A stretch of DNA of 63,346 nucleotides, counting the filler, from Rhizaria sp. SCN 62-66 (Eukaryota): assembly GCA_001724265.1 (NCBI GenBank). It is 3 parts of 3 records of this genome, joined end to end, with 100 filler letters (N's around TTAATTAATTAA, not from the genome) between each part and the next. Parts side by side here need not be neighbours in the genome. Positions count along the whole stretch, not along the records: positions 22,950 to 47,632 come from MEDY01000436.1; 2 more parts are not named here. One strand, 5' to 3'. The notes below the pieces were generated by a model. That model was not told where the DNA came from and did no database searches. It saw only the letters and a program-made list of their open reading frames with translations. Made by a program: the position numbers and the translations under genes. Of the stretch, positions 32,201 through 43,725 are shown piece by piece. Within the stretch, counting starts at the first letter, position 1. The number at the start of each line of letters is the position of its first letter.

Positions 32201-35200
32201 CTGCGGATGCAGAGGCCGGGGCTGGAGCAGTGCCAGAGCGCGAGCGCCCGCGCGCCGATGGCAGCGACCAGCCCGCAGCCGCCGTTGCAGTCGCAGGGCG
32301 GCTCGCGCAGATGCCGTCGGGACAGCCGCGCGAAGGCAGAGTCAGGGCGTCCACGGCCGTCGTCACCGCAGTGGCCTCGGCGCGCGCGCGCACGCGGGCC
32401 GCAGCAACGGCACCTGCGCCAGCAGCCCACCACAACGCGTCAACGGCTGTGCCGTCGCCGCCGAGCGCGCCCGCCACATCTGCTGCGCCCGCGGCAGCAG
32501 CCTCGGTGGAGCGCGCCGAGCCTGCGGCGTCGGCGGCGGAAGTGGCAGCGACACGCATCAGCAGCTGCAGCACGCGCTCATGCCCGTGCCAGGCAGCCAC
32601 GTGTGCCAGTGTAAGTCCGCGCACAGTGAGCGCCGTCAGCACGGGGAACGCGCGCAACGGCGATACCAGTGCAGGCGCGGCGCCGGACACGCACGCAGCG
32701 TGGGCAGCGGCCGCAGCGCGGTGGTAGCCAACAACTGACAGCGGCGCCGGCACTGCGCTGTGTGGCACAGGCCGTGCAGCAAGCAGTAGCGGTGAGAGCG
32801 TGCAGTATGGCTCACAGCGGCGCGCGGCGTCGGCGGCCGCGCGGGGGAAAAGCGCCAGCAGGCGTTCACGCTGACGCCACATGTGGAATGCAGCCTCATC
32901 AGAGTGTGTTGCAGTTGCCGCCGCCACGGCAGTCGCGGTCGCCTCATTCGCGGTCAGCAGCGGACCCCACGCGTCCTCGGGCGCCACCAGTCGCACAGGT
33001 GCCAGCTGCGGCAGTGCCGCAGCGGTGCGCGCGGCGCTCGCTGTCGTGGGCCGCGACAGCGACATTGACAATGCACTGCTGGTGTCCGCGCGTCCGACTG
33101 TCGCGCGCGAAGTCGCAGGCCGCGTGGAGTCGGCAGAAGACGCGGCTGCAGTCAGCGTACGCTGCTGTGCTGGTGGCAGGAGCAAAGACGGATGCGGCGT
33201 TAGACTGGGTGCACGCTTGTCGTGTCCCAGACTGTGTTTGGAGGGATGATAACCCACCATGCCCGCATTGGACGCCGCCACACGCGCACGCAGAGCCAAC
33301 GCCGCCACGGACACCACGGCCTGGCGCTCGCCATCGGCAGCCGCCAGCGTCGTGAGGGCCGAAAATGGTTTGTCGCTGGCGCTGCGGCGGTGGCGCGAAA
33401 GTGGACGCGCTGAGGTCGAACCAGCAGTCGCTGACGCTGTTGCTGGACGGCTCAGCGAGACCGTATTGTGCGTCATTTGTCTATATGAGAGCGCACGGAT
33501 GCCGCGCGTTGCGGCTGCAGCTTGGGCGAGTGAGCGCGAGAGCGCACGCGCATCGTCACCTGCAGTCGAATCATGCGCGTTATCTGCACCGCTTGTGTCG
33601 TCCTCGTTTGCATCTGCGGGTGTGGCAGCGGCTGCGAGTTCCGCACTTGCAGGTGCAAATGCCAAAGTGAGCACAATAACGTCATCGCGACAGAGGCGCG
33701 CACCGAAATGCAGTAGGACACGCGCAGCGTCGGCATCACCGCGCGAGGCTGCGAGCATAAGCGGCGACAAACCGCGCATATCAGGCCCGCACAACGCATC
33801 CATCGCAGGCGGCAGCGGCACAGTCGCATGCGAGTACGTGAGCCCACCGGCCACCGCCGCGGCAGCACCACGCACGTTGTCCTTCGCGACCTCGTCTACA
33901 AGCGGCGCGGCGCTGCTGCGCGCGTCGGGAGCGCCGTCCGCGCAGTCGTACGCAGCGCGCACGCACAGCGCGTGCAGGAACGCCAGCGCGCCTGCGCCCA
34001 CAGTCGACGCGGCGGCTGACGCGGCGGCAGCGGCGTCAGCTGCGGTCGCTCCGGCGGCAGACGCGGCTGCAGTCGCAGTGGCAGCGGCCGCGGCAGCAGT
34101 TGCAGCAGGCGGTGCGGTGCGCGCCTCAACGCCCCAGTGTGCGGCAGAGCGGCGTTCAGAGTCCGTCTCAGCGATCGGCAGCGTGGACACGCGGCCCGCG
34201 CGCTGGCGCAGCCACAGGGGCCAGGACGGCGACCAGCACGCGCATGCGCCAGCGCCGGCGTCAGCACTGCGGCGGCCGTGCGCGTGGCGCGCGCGGCAAA
34301 GCGGGGTCACGCCGCTCGCGGCCCAGTGCAGCGCGCTCTCGAGCACGCAGGCCGCCACAGCGGGCGTCGGCGCGTGCAGCAGCTCAACGGCGGCCGCGAT
34401 ACGCGCGCGCACGCCGCCAAGCGCCCACGCGGGCACCGCACCAAGCCCGGGTGGGCTCGAGGCCAGCATGTGCGTCTGCGCGTGCCGGCGCACGGGCGCG
34501 GTGGACAGCAGCAGCCGCAGTGCGTCGGGCAGGTCGGGCCCGAAGTCCGCCTTGACCGCGGCAGCAAGTGCTGCGGCAGCCACCGCGGCAGATGCCAGTG
34601 GCAGCACACTTGTGTCGCCCGAGAACACCGCGGGGAGCGTGATAAGCGCAAGCGCAGTCGCGACAGCCAACGGCAGCGCGCGCGGTGCGACAGACAGCAC
34701 TGCGCGGGCGGCAGCGATGCTGATCATGCCGCCGCTTGTGTTGCCGCAGTTGTCTAACGCAAGCGGGCCCGTGTGCGGCAGTGGAAAACTCGTGCCCACG
34801 CGTCCACACGCGCTCGCGCGCGCGGACATGCCTGCGCCAGCGCTGCCCGCAGCTGCAGCCGTCGCAGCGGCAATCGCTGCATCGGACGCAGCAGCGAGCG
34901 CGGCCGCGACACTTACTGTCTCTCCCGTCACCCCAACAGTCTGGGCCAAGGGCGCCGCGAGCTGCAGCGCGTGCACGGTATGGCCCGTGCCCTTGTCGTA
35001 GTAGGCGCGCGATCGCAGCGCGGCTGTGACGGCCTTATGAGCAACAAGCGTGCCGCGCGCGTTCGCAGCGCCCGCAGCCGCGGCGGGCAGAGCGGCGGCA
35101 GCGGCTGTGGCCGAGATCTGTTGGTCCTCCGCCAGCAGCACGGACTCAGCCGCTGAGACGGGCGACAGGTACGCGTTGCCCGCGCAACCGCACTCGCAGT

Positions 35201-38200
35201 CCCCGAAGTGTAAACCTGCAGACAACGCGTTCTCTGCGGGGAGCAGCAGTGGGGGCGTCGAAACGGCCGCAATCGCGCGCGCGACGGCGGCGTCGGCGAC
35301 GGCAGCCGCCGCGGCGGTCGCGGCCGCGGTGCGCACGCGCGCAAACTCGCTCTCGCGGCCGCTCTGCAGACGCGGGTGCAGCGTGAAGCCGCCCATGTCG
35401 CACGCGCCCGCGGGCACGAGCGCAAGCGGCGCACCCGTGGTGGCCTCGCGCAGCAGCGCCGCAGCGTCCGGAGGTGGCAGTGGCGTCGCAGCGGAGGCGG
35501 CCTCTTCGCCACCAGTCTGGCTCCGCAGGCGCGCGTCTGTGGCGGCGCGTGCGCGCGCAGCGGTGAGGTGCGAGGTGTCGGAACGCAGCACCCAGGGCCC
35601 CTCGCTCAGCGGGTCGTTCTTGAGCCACGCGGAGCGAATCGCGCCGTTGAGCAGCGGCCGGTCGCCGTCGGCCAGCGCGGCCAGCACAGGCGCAGCCAGA
35701 GCCTGCGTCGCGGTCGCGCCCGCAACCGCGGCCACGGCGGCCGCGACCGCCGGCGGCGCGAGCCACCAGTCGGGGTGCGCGGTCGACTGGCGCAGCGCAG
35801 TGCGCGCGCGCCACGCCAGCCCCAGCGACGCCGCCGCCAGCCGCTGCACGCGCGCGCCCGCGTCGTCGGCCGCTGTCGTCGCAACACCCGCCACAGGCGC
35901 AGACCGTCCGGCCGACACAGCGGCCACCGCAGCAGCGCGAGCGCGCGCGCGGGCGTCGACAAGCGCGGCGACCGCGGCAGCCGCGGTTGCGTCAGCGGCG
36001 GCGGCAACGGCGTCAAGCGTCGCCAAGTCTTCCGCGGCGAATGCCGCAGTCAGACACTCGCCTGCGCCCGCGCGCGCCCACCGCAGCATCGGCGCCGCGG
36101 CAGACGCGACTGCGGGCGCTGCCAGACGCGGTAGCGCAACGGGCGCGCTTGCGAGCTGTGGCTCGGCGCGAGGCGCAATCAGCGCGAGCGGTAAAGGTGG
36201 CCACACAGGCGTGGCGAGCGCGAAGCCGCCCTCGGTGGCCGAGGCAGCCTCTGCGTCGGCCAAAGCAGCCAGCAGCGACGTCGCGGGCCGGCGCGCGCGC
36301 GCGGGCGGGGCGGGTGGCGGCGGAGGCGCGCGCCCCGACGGCAGCGGCAGCCCGAGACGCAGCGCTGCAAGAACGGGCCCGTCCACGACAGCGTCCGCGT
36401 CGTCCGCGGCAGCCGCGGTCGCCGCTCTGTCGGTAACGGCTGGAGCAAGCCAGGCGCACTGCGCGAGCACGCGCGGGTCCAGCGTCGGCAGCAGCCGCAG
36501 GAGCAGTCCGTGGGTGCGCGCCGTGGTCGCCAAGACCGGCGCGCCCGCCGCCGCGCCGCCGCGCAGCACGCCCGTCACGGCGGCGGGCACGAGCGCGGCC
36601 GACACGGCCACCGACGTGCGCGGCGGCGCGGCGCTCGCGTTGCCCGCGGCCGTGGCGGGCAGCGGCGTGGGCCCCGGAAGCGGCGGCGCCGCGGAGAGCG
36701 GCATCGCGCGGCCTCGCGGCAGCGCACGCGCGGCTGTAGTCGGGCGCACAGAGGACGCAACTGAGACCGCGGTACCAGGCGGCGACTGTAGCGCGACTGT
36801 GCGCGGGGAGTCGTGATCTGAGTGCGTCTCTGACTGTGTCTGCTGCGAGTGCGCGGGCGATGGCGGCCGCGAGCGCTGCTACTGCTGCTGCGCCTGCGGC
36901 GGCTCGTGGTGCGCCTGTGGCGGCTTTGGCGGCACGCTGAGGAGCGCGGCGTGGCGCGGCGAGTGCAGCACCATGCCTGGCGACATGTGCGGCTGCGCGT
37001 GCCAGTGCGGGTGCGACGGCGTCGAAGCCCCGGACTCCGCCTCCACCGCCGCGCTCGCAGGTGCCGCGTGCAGCGAGAGGCCGACCACCGATGTTGTCGC
37101 TGGCGCAGCCGCTGGCGCAGCCGCTGGCGCAGCCGCTGGCACGGGAGTGGCGCTCGGCGCGAGTTGCTGTTGCTGCTGGTGCGGTTGCTGCTGAGGCGGC
37201 GCGTGATGCGGCGGCGAGTGCACGCCGAGCTGCTGCCAGGGGCTCTTGAGCGGCACGCGCGGCGTTACGGGCTGCAGAACCCCAGTCGCCTGCGCAGTGT
37301 GCGGCGGCGCGGTCGGATCGGAAACGTTAGACGGCGACAAAGTCGACGCGTTGCGCGGCGATGCGACTCCTGGCGCGCTCCGTGGGGACAGACCAGTTGG
37401 CGCAGCCGTGGCCGTCGTCGCCGGCGTCGCAGTGTCCGCGAGCGGCGTCGCGACGGCCGGTGTGATCGCGGCGACGGTCGAGCGCGGCGTGGGCGCGTTG
37501 CTGCCGCTGCGCATGAGCATCAGCGACCCGCGCTCCGGCGCGTGTGCGTGCGCGTGCGCGCCCTGCGCGTGCTGGCCCGATGGCGCCTTGGCGAGCCGCG
37601 TGGGCGGCAGCGACAGCGCAACCGCGTCGCCGCCGGACGACGCCTGGTCCTCCTCGGCGTTGTTGTCGTCGTCGCCGGTGCTGTCGCCCTCGTCCTTGAC
37701 GACGGCCACGGACGCGGTGGCCACGGACGACAACGCAGGCGCCTGCTTCTGCTCACTCTCCGCGGCAGCGGCCCTGGCAGCAGCCGCCGCCTCCGCCTGC
37801 GCCTGCGCCTGCGCCTCCGCCGCGGCGTCGGCCTTGACCTTGGCAAGCGCGTCGGCCTCCGCCTGTGCGGCCGCGGCCTTGGTCTGCTCGCGGCGCAGTA
37901 GCCACGCGGCGAGGCTGCCGCCGCGCGAGCCGGCGACGGCCGCGTTGCCGCCCCCTGGCCATTCCGCGCCGTCCGCCGCCTCAGTCTCAGCCACCGTTGC
38001 AGCTGGGAGCTCTTCCACGGCAGGCGACGCGCCGGCCGCCGCTGCGTCGCAGTCGGCGGCGATGTCGGACATGGAGGCGAGCGCACTCGCGCGGCTGCTG
38101 CCGTGGCGCGCGGTATCGGCGCCCGCGCGGCCAACGATGATACGCCGCAGCACCGCCGCCACGGGGTCCGCCGCGCGCGCCGCCGCCGTGGCCTGCGCGG

Positions 38201-40658
38201 TGGCAGCAGCCTCGGCCGCCGCCGTCTCGGCAGCTGCCGCAGCCGCAGCGGCCGCGGCAGCAGTGGCAGCGGCAGCGGTAGCAGCAGCAGCGGTAGCCGC
38301 GGCGGCAGCAGCAGCGGGGTCTTCCGCGACGCGCGCGGTCCGGCCGGACGGCGGGCGTTGGGCGGCCGCCGCGAGCGCCGCTAAGCCGGGGCCGGGCGCG
38401 GGCGCGGGCTCCTGCGCCACGCCGGCGACGGCGACCGCGAGCGGGCCCGCGGGCGTGAAGGACGCGCGCGAGGGCAGTTGCGGCGCGCGCGGGCCGCCCT
38501 GGGCGCTGCGACTGCGCACGCGCTGCTGCGCGAGCTCGCTCTCGCGCGCCGACTCAGCGGCGGCCACGGCGGCCACGGCGGCCGCCACGGCCGCGGTGGT
38601 CGAGAGGTGGAACCCCGTGCCGCCCAGGTGCGGGAGCTCATCGCCGCTGCCGTGCGAATGCGCGTGCGGCAGCGTGCGCGGGCGCGCGGCGCCGACGGGG
38701 CTGGCGGGCGGCGAGAGCGCAGCGCTGTTGTCGCTGCCCAGCTCCGTCTCGCCGTCCGAGACTGGGAACAGCGCGTGCGACAGCGGTGGGAAGAGCTGGT
38801 CCACCGAGCTCAGCGCGCCTGCACGCGCGCCGCGGGCCGCCGGGAGCGCGGCGGTGGGTGTGGCCGCGCCCATGGCCGTGTTGGGCGTCGCAGGCACCGT
38901 CGGCGCGGGCAGCAGCACCGGCCCCGCGCCCTCGCGCAGCGCCAGCGCCAGCGACGCGTCCCCCGTCGTCGCCCCCGCTGTGGCGCCCGCCACCGACGCC
39001 GCAGCAGCCGCGGGGCCGGTCTGAGGCGCGGGCGTACGAGCCGTGAGGCGGCGGATGTCGGCGAGGATGAGCCCCAGCGCTGGGTCGTCCGCGGGCGGGA
39101 TGTGAATCTCGCTCCCGTCCGCCATCACGACCCCCGCGCTGCCCGCGGACGCGTTCGCACTTGCACTCGCAGGCGCAGGCGCACTGGCAGGCGCGCTGGA
39201 GGCGGCGTCGCTCAGCCCCGGGCCCGTCGCTGCTACGGACGCGGGCGCATCAGCAGCGCCCGCAGTCGCAGCGGGTGAGACGACGATCTGGTCAAAGTGG
39301 AAGCGCCGGCCGCGCGGCGAGGTCACGGACGCGATTGATGCCACCGGCGTGCTGCCCACCGCGGGCACCGCCAGCTGGCCGGCGCCATAGGTTGGCGCTG
39401 AGGGAGCTGTTGCTGCGGCAGCGGCGGCGGCGGCGGCGGCGCGGACGCTGGCAACGGCCGCCACGCCCGCGGCGGTCGCGGCGGCGGTCGCGGCGGCGGC
39501 AGCGGGGCCCGGAGTCGCCGTGGGCGTCGGGGGTGCCGTCACGCCGCCGCCAACGCCGCCGCCAACGCCGCCGCCTGCGATTGTGGAAGTGCTTGGAGAC
39601 CGCATCAGGCTGCCGCGCGCGCTGCCCACGGCACCGGTGGCCGTGGCGGAGTTGCCTGCGCTGGCGCGCGGAGACAGCACGCCCATCGCGCCACCGGCAG
39701 CACCGGAATAACTGTTACTGCTCGTATTATTGTTGCTGCCGCTGCTTGTGCCGACGGCGACGCCGACGACGCCGCCCAGCGCAAGCCCCGCCGCAGCCGA
39801 GGGCGTCGACGGCACCGCCGGGCCCGCCGCGCCGGTCGCAGCGCCCGCACCCGCGCCCGCAGAGCCCATGCCAGCGCCAGAGCCAACGCCAGCGCCGGTG
39901 GAGACAGTGGGGGCGGGCCGCTGTGGGCCCTGCGCGAAGCCCGCGGCGATGGCGGCCAGGTTCACGCCCAGGCTCGGCGTGCGCGCGTGCCGCGACCGCG
40001 CCGGCCCGCCCGCGCCGGCGGACGGCGTCGTCGCGCCAGGGGCCGGCGCGAGGCCTCCGCTGCCTGTGGTGGTCAGAGACAGGGGCGCCAGCGCGGCGGC
40101 TGCGGCGGACAGCGGCATCAGGCCCGCGGCGCCCGCGGCGTAGCTGCCCGCGCGGCGGTGGCCCGGGCGCGCGGGGCCCGGCGGCGCGCCGCTCGGCGGG
40201 GACGCGACAACGGAAACAGAAGCTGGAGCATAAGCAACAGCAGCAGCACCACCAGTTACCGCTGCAGGCTCCGACGATGAGGTTGCCTCAAAATTAGCAC
40301 CGTCGCCGCCCGCAAAGCCCGCAGCGCCCGCAGCAGACGGCGCATCGGGGCCATGGACCGGCGGTCTCGTGATCAACACCTGCGTCGCCGCTTCGTCCGC
40401 GGCCGCGGCGGCCGTCGCGGCGGCGAGCGCTGCTGCCTCCAGGGCGTCCTCGTGCGCCGCGAAACTAAAGCCAGAGCGCGAGGCGTTGCGCAGATGGCGC
40501 GCGCCGGGAAAGCCCGGGTTCGCGGTCGGCTTGCCGGCGGAGGTGAGAGGCAGGTTGAACCCCTTCGGCGCGTTGGTGGGCGTGAGGATGTGTTCGGGCG
40601 CGACGCCCAGCTTGGGGTCGATCTCGGCCACCGACAGGCGCCGGATGAGGCCCTCCAT
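29238..40658 (-). CDS. Giant ankyrin-repeat-containing Ala-rich protein, ~3806 aa, with one in-frame TAG at 36881-36879
   Basis: Track ORFs 36879..40682 and 29238..36749 are in the same frame. The 129 nt between them are open and GC-rich (QAQQQ*QRSRPPSPAHSQQTQSETHSD...). ATG at 40658, TAA at 29240-29238. Ankyrin motifs: GLSPLMLAASRGDADAARVLLHFGA, GLTLAHVAAWHGHERVLQLLM, VTPLHVALARGHGHLAPALV. Confidence 0.78.
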
Positions 40659-41140
40659 CGGAGCAGTGCAGACCAAGTGCAAGATTCCAAGGCTAGGTAG
40701 ACTTGAGTAGTGAAGAAAGTCCTAGGCAAGCTAAAGGGATGGTGGGAGGCGGAAAGCGTGGCGACTTGGTGAGCGATGTAGCTGTTACTCGAACGATTGG
40801 ACGATAACACGCACAGTGTCGGTTTAAAGATATATTGACTCATAATAATATAAAAATCATAAAGAACGCAAACGTTTTCCATCGGAGCAGTTGTTCGCAC
40901 TTAAATTAACGGATCTTCTGGAGCAGCACAGTCTCTCAAAATCCGCGAACAAGCACGTTTGTTGTGGCCATGGAAAGGGGGTAGAGTTGGCTAGAGTCAG
41001 ACCCGAAAATCCACTTCACAAATCAAGGTTGCAATGAGCTTTCATGTCCGTGTCGCGTTGTGCAGCTACTGTATAGTCTACCGTATCTTATCATCTTTAT
41101 TGTACTTCATCCACTTCTTTCCTTCACCCAGGCCTGCGTC
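40659..41140. promoter_or_regulatory. Putative bidirectional promoter between the ankyrin protein and SURF1
   Basis: A 482-nt spacer between divergent ATGs. Positional inference only. Confidence 0.5.
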
Positions 41141-43261
41141 ATGTTTGGCCGCTGGGTTGCCGGCAATGTCGAGCGCCAAGCGTCAGCTCAGCTCGCAGCT
41201 GCCAGCTCGTCTCGGCGCGCCTTCTCGGTGACGCCTACGGCTGACCCCACCGCGTTCACGCGCGCCCCGCCCGCGGGCATCCCTGCCGCGGCGCCCGCGG
41301 CGGGCCCCGGCGCGGGCGTGCCGCCGCCCGCGAACAACATCCCGCTGACGATCGCGGCGCCCTGGACGTTCCGCCGAGTGGCGGGCGCGCTCTTCTTCAC
41401 CGGCACCAGCCTCCTCACCACGGGGCTCTGCGCTTGGCAGATCCAGCGCCACTTCTGGAAGAAGGAGCTGCTGGCCTCGCGCGAGGCCGGGCTGGCGCTA
41501 CCGCCCGTCCCGCTCGAGCAGCACTTGCCGCAGCTCGTGGGCACAGCGTGGGACGCTTTCCTCGCCTCAGCCGCGGCCTTCCGCATTGTCGACCTGCCGA
41601 CCTCGCTCGAGCTCACGGCCGCGCCGCGCCACGTGACGCTGCGCGGACGCTTCGACTACGCGCGCGAACAGCTGGTGGGCTTCGCGGCCCCGCCGCTCGA
41701 CACGGGCAACGTCAAGAAGGGCGACGCCGTGCGCGGCTACTACGTGTGCACGCCGCTGATGCTCGCGCCCGAGGCCGCACTCGCGCTCCCGCTGCGCCCC
41801 ACTATGCCCGTCTTGCCGGGCGCGCCCACGCGGCCTTCAGAGGTGCTCATCCGCAACGCCGCGCGCGCCGAGCACAAGAAGCATCTCGCCGCGCGCGCCG
41901 CCATGCCGCCCGCCGAGCTCGCCGCGCTGCCGCCTCTGCCCGACGCCGAGGCCTTCGCCGAGGCCGCGCTGCGCGACGCGTGCCCGCGCGACGACGTCGT
42001 CGCCCTGCACACCGCGTTCCCCACCGCCGAGTCCACTGCCGCGCTCGGCGCGCGCCTCAGCGCAGAGAGCGGGGACGCCGACGCCGCCGCCGCGGGCGTC
42101 GCCACTGCCCCGGGACTCGCCCGGGCGGCGCAGCTGTCCCCCGTGCGCGCGACGGTGTGCGCGCAGGAGGTGCTGGTGAATCGCGGCTGGATCCCCTCCA
42201 CGCACGCGCTCTCATACCTTGCCTCGAACCGCCTCCCCGAGCCCACCGACGCCGAGCTCGCCGCCGAAGCCGCGAGTGCCGCAGACAACGGCAACGGCCA
42301 CAGCACTGGTCGTGACGGACTGACGGCGGCAGCGGACCGCGCGGCAGCGACGAGCGCGCTTGTCGGCGCCAGCAACGTGCGCACCGCCCGCGACGACGGG
42401 CTCAGCACGGTGACGGGCGTGTTCTGGTTCGGGCCGCGGCGCAGCGACTCGACGCCGCCGACGCTTGCGCGCGTCAAGGACTCGCCCGCGCTGGCGCACC
42501 AGATCGCGTACCCGTCGGTGCTGGCCGCGGCGGCGCAGGTCCCTGCTATCACAATCACGGCCTTCGTCGACACACCCGCGGCGCCGGGCGCGGGGCCGCA
42601 CGCCCAGGCCGCGGCCGCGGAGGTCGGCGTCGTGCTCGAGACGGCCGCGGCCGTCGCGGCGGCGCGGCTGCGTGGCGAGCGCGAGCTCGAGTCGCTGAGC
42701 CGCAAGGTCGCGGCCGCGGCGCTCGAGAAGGAGCGGCTGCAGCTGCTGCAGGACGGCAAGGACGCGTCGCAACTGCCCGTCGTGGCCGGGCTCACCGAGG
42801 AGGAGCGCGCCGACGCGCTGGGCTACCGCGCGCACCCCACGCAGGCGCTGCGCGACCTGGGCCACACGCTTTCGACGGCGGCCGAGAGCGTTGTGGCGGC
42901 CGGCGACGACCCGATCGGGCAGGGCACGTGGGCCGGTGCCATCGCGCAGCAGGGCGGCGCGCTCACCGCCGCGTTCGAGGCCGTGCCCGTGGTCGAGATG
43001 ATGGGCGCGGCCGCGGGGCTTGTCGGCCGCTCGCAGCGCGTTGTGGCTAAGGACACGGAGCTGGGCCAGGCCACCTCGGTGCGCATGCAGCTGCTGCGCA
43101 AGAGCGAGGCGGACTACTTCAACTTCCACTCGATGCCCGCCACGCACATCGTCTACGCCGCCACCTGGGGCACGCTCTCCGCCGTCGGGTACTACATGGC
43201 TTACACGCGCTTCTGGCGCAAGCGCGTCTACAACCCCGCGCTCTTCAAGTCATTCAAGTAA
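41141..43261 (+). CDS. SURF1: SURF1/Shy1 cytochrome c oxidase assembly factor, 706 aa
   Basis: SURF1 motifs in order: GLCAWQIQRHFWKKELL, VTLRGRFDY, GYYVCTPL, VLVNRGWIP, TVTGV, HIVYAATWGTLS. Presequence-like N-terminus (...SSSRRAFSV). First ATG at 41141 (the track start at 41060 is GTG). Confidence 0.93.
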   Translation: MFGRWVAGNVERQASAQLAAASSSRRAFSVTPTADPTAFTRAPPAGIPAAAPAAGPGAGVPPPANNIPLTIAAPWTFRRVAGALFFTGTSLLTTGLCAWQIQRHFWKKELLASREAGLALPPVPLEQHLPQLVGTAWDAFLASAAAFRIVDLPTSLELTAAPRHVTLRGRFDYAREQLVGFAAPPLDTGNVKKGDAVRGYYVCTPLMLAPEAALALPLRPTMPVLPGAPTRPSEVLIRNAARAEHKKHLAARAAMPPAELAALPPLPDAEAFAEAALRDACPRDDVVALHTAFPTAESTAALGARLSAESGDADAAAAGVATAPGLARAAQLSPVRATVCAQEVLVNRGWIPSTHALSYLASNRLPEPTDAELAAEAASAADNGNGHSTGRDGLTAAADRAAATSALVGASNVRTARDDGLSTVTGVFWFGPRRSDSTPPTLARVKDSPALAHQIAYPSVLAAAAQVPAITITAFVDTPAAPGAGPHAQAAAAEVGVVLETAAAVAAARLRGERELESLSRKVAAAALEKERLQLLQDGKDASQLPVVAGLTEEERADALGYRAHPTQALRDLGHTLSTAAESVVAAGDDPIGQGTWAGAIAQQGGALTAAFEAVPVVEMMGAAAGLVGRSQRVVAKDTELGQATSVRMQLLRKSEADYFNFHSMPATHIVYAATWGTLSAVGYYMAYTRFWRKRVYNPALFKSFK

Positions 43262-43725
43262 ACTGACTTCGTGAGAGCGTAATTAAAAAAATAAGAAAAT
43301 GTAGCGTGACTTTTACTCAGAGTGCGTGTTCTAAACCAAAACAATTATATTTATATGATATTAAACACAAACTTAAATACATCAAAAACTTAAAAATAAC
43401 GCTGCCCCTTCATGTTTTTAGTTGGAAGTGCGCCGAACGTCGTCCAAAATCACGACCTGCAGCCTTCGAGCCGTTGCGGCCAGGTGCGAGACATCGGCGA
43501 ACGGGCAGACAAACGAAGCAAACTTCAGACAATGCATACGCTATCATGACAGCGTCAGAAAGACTTGCGTTTCAATTTTGGAAATGAACATTTCTTATTA
43601 TGAGTCATCTTCCTCCTTTCTACTTTTTGTGACCTCATATCATTGGTAACGACCGGCCGCTCTCGTAACCTTCGCCCCTGCAGCTTCTCTCCCAACATCC
43701 ACGCCGCTCTCGGCACAAACCACGC

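Noticed and set aside
27550-41140. Two divergent spacers of identical length (482 nt)
   Set aside because: No visible sequence similarity, and the lengths depend on start-codon choice; treated as coincidence.
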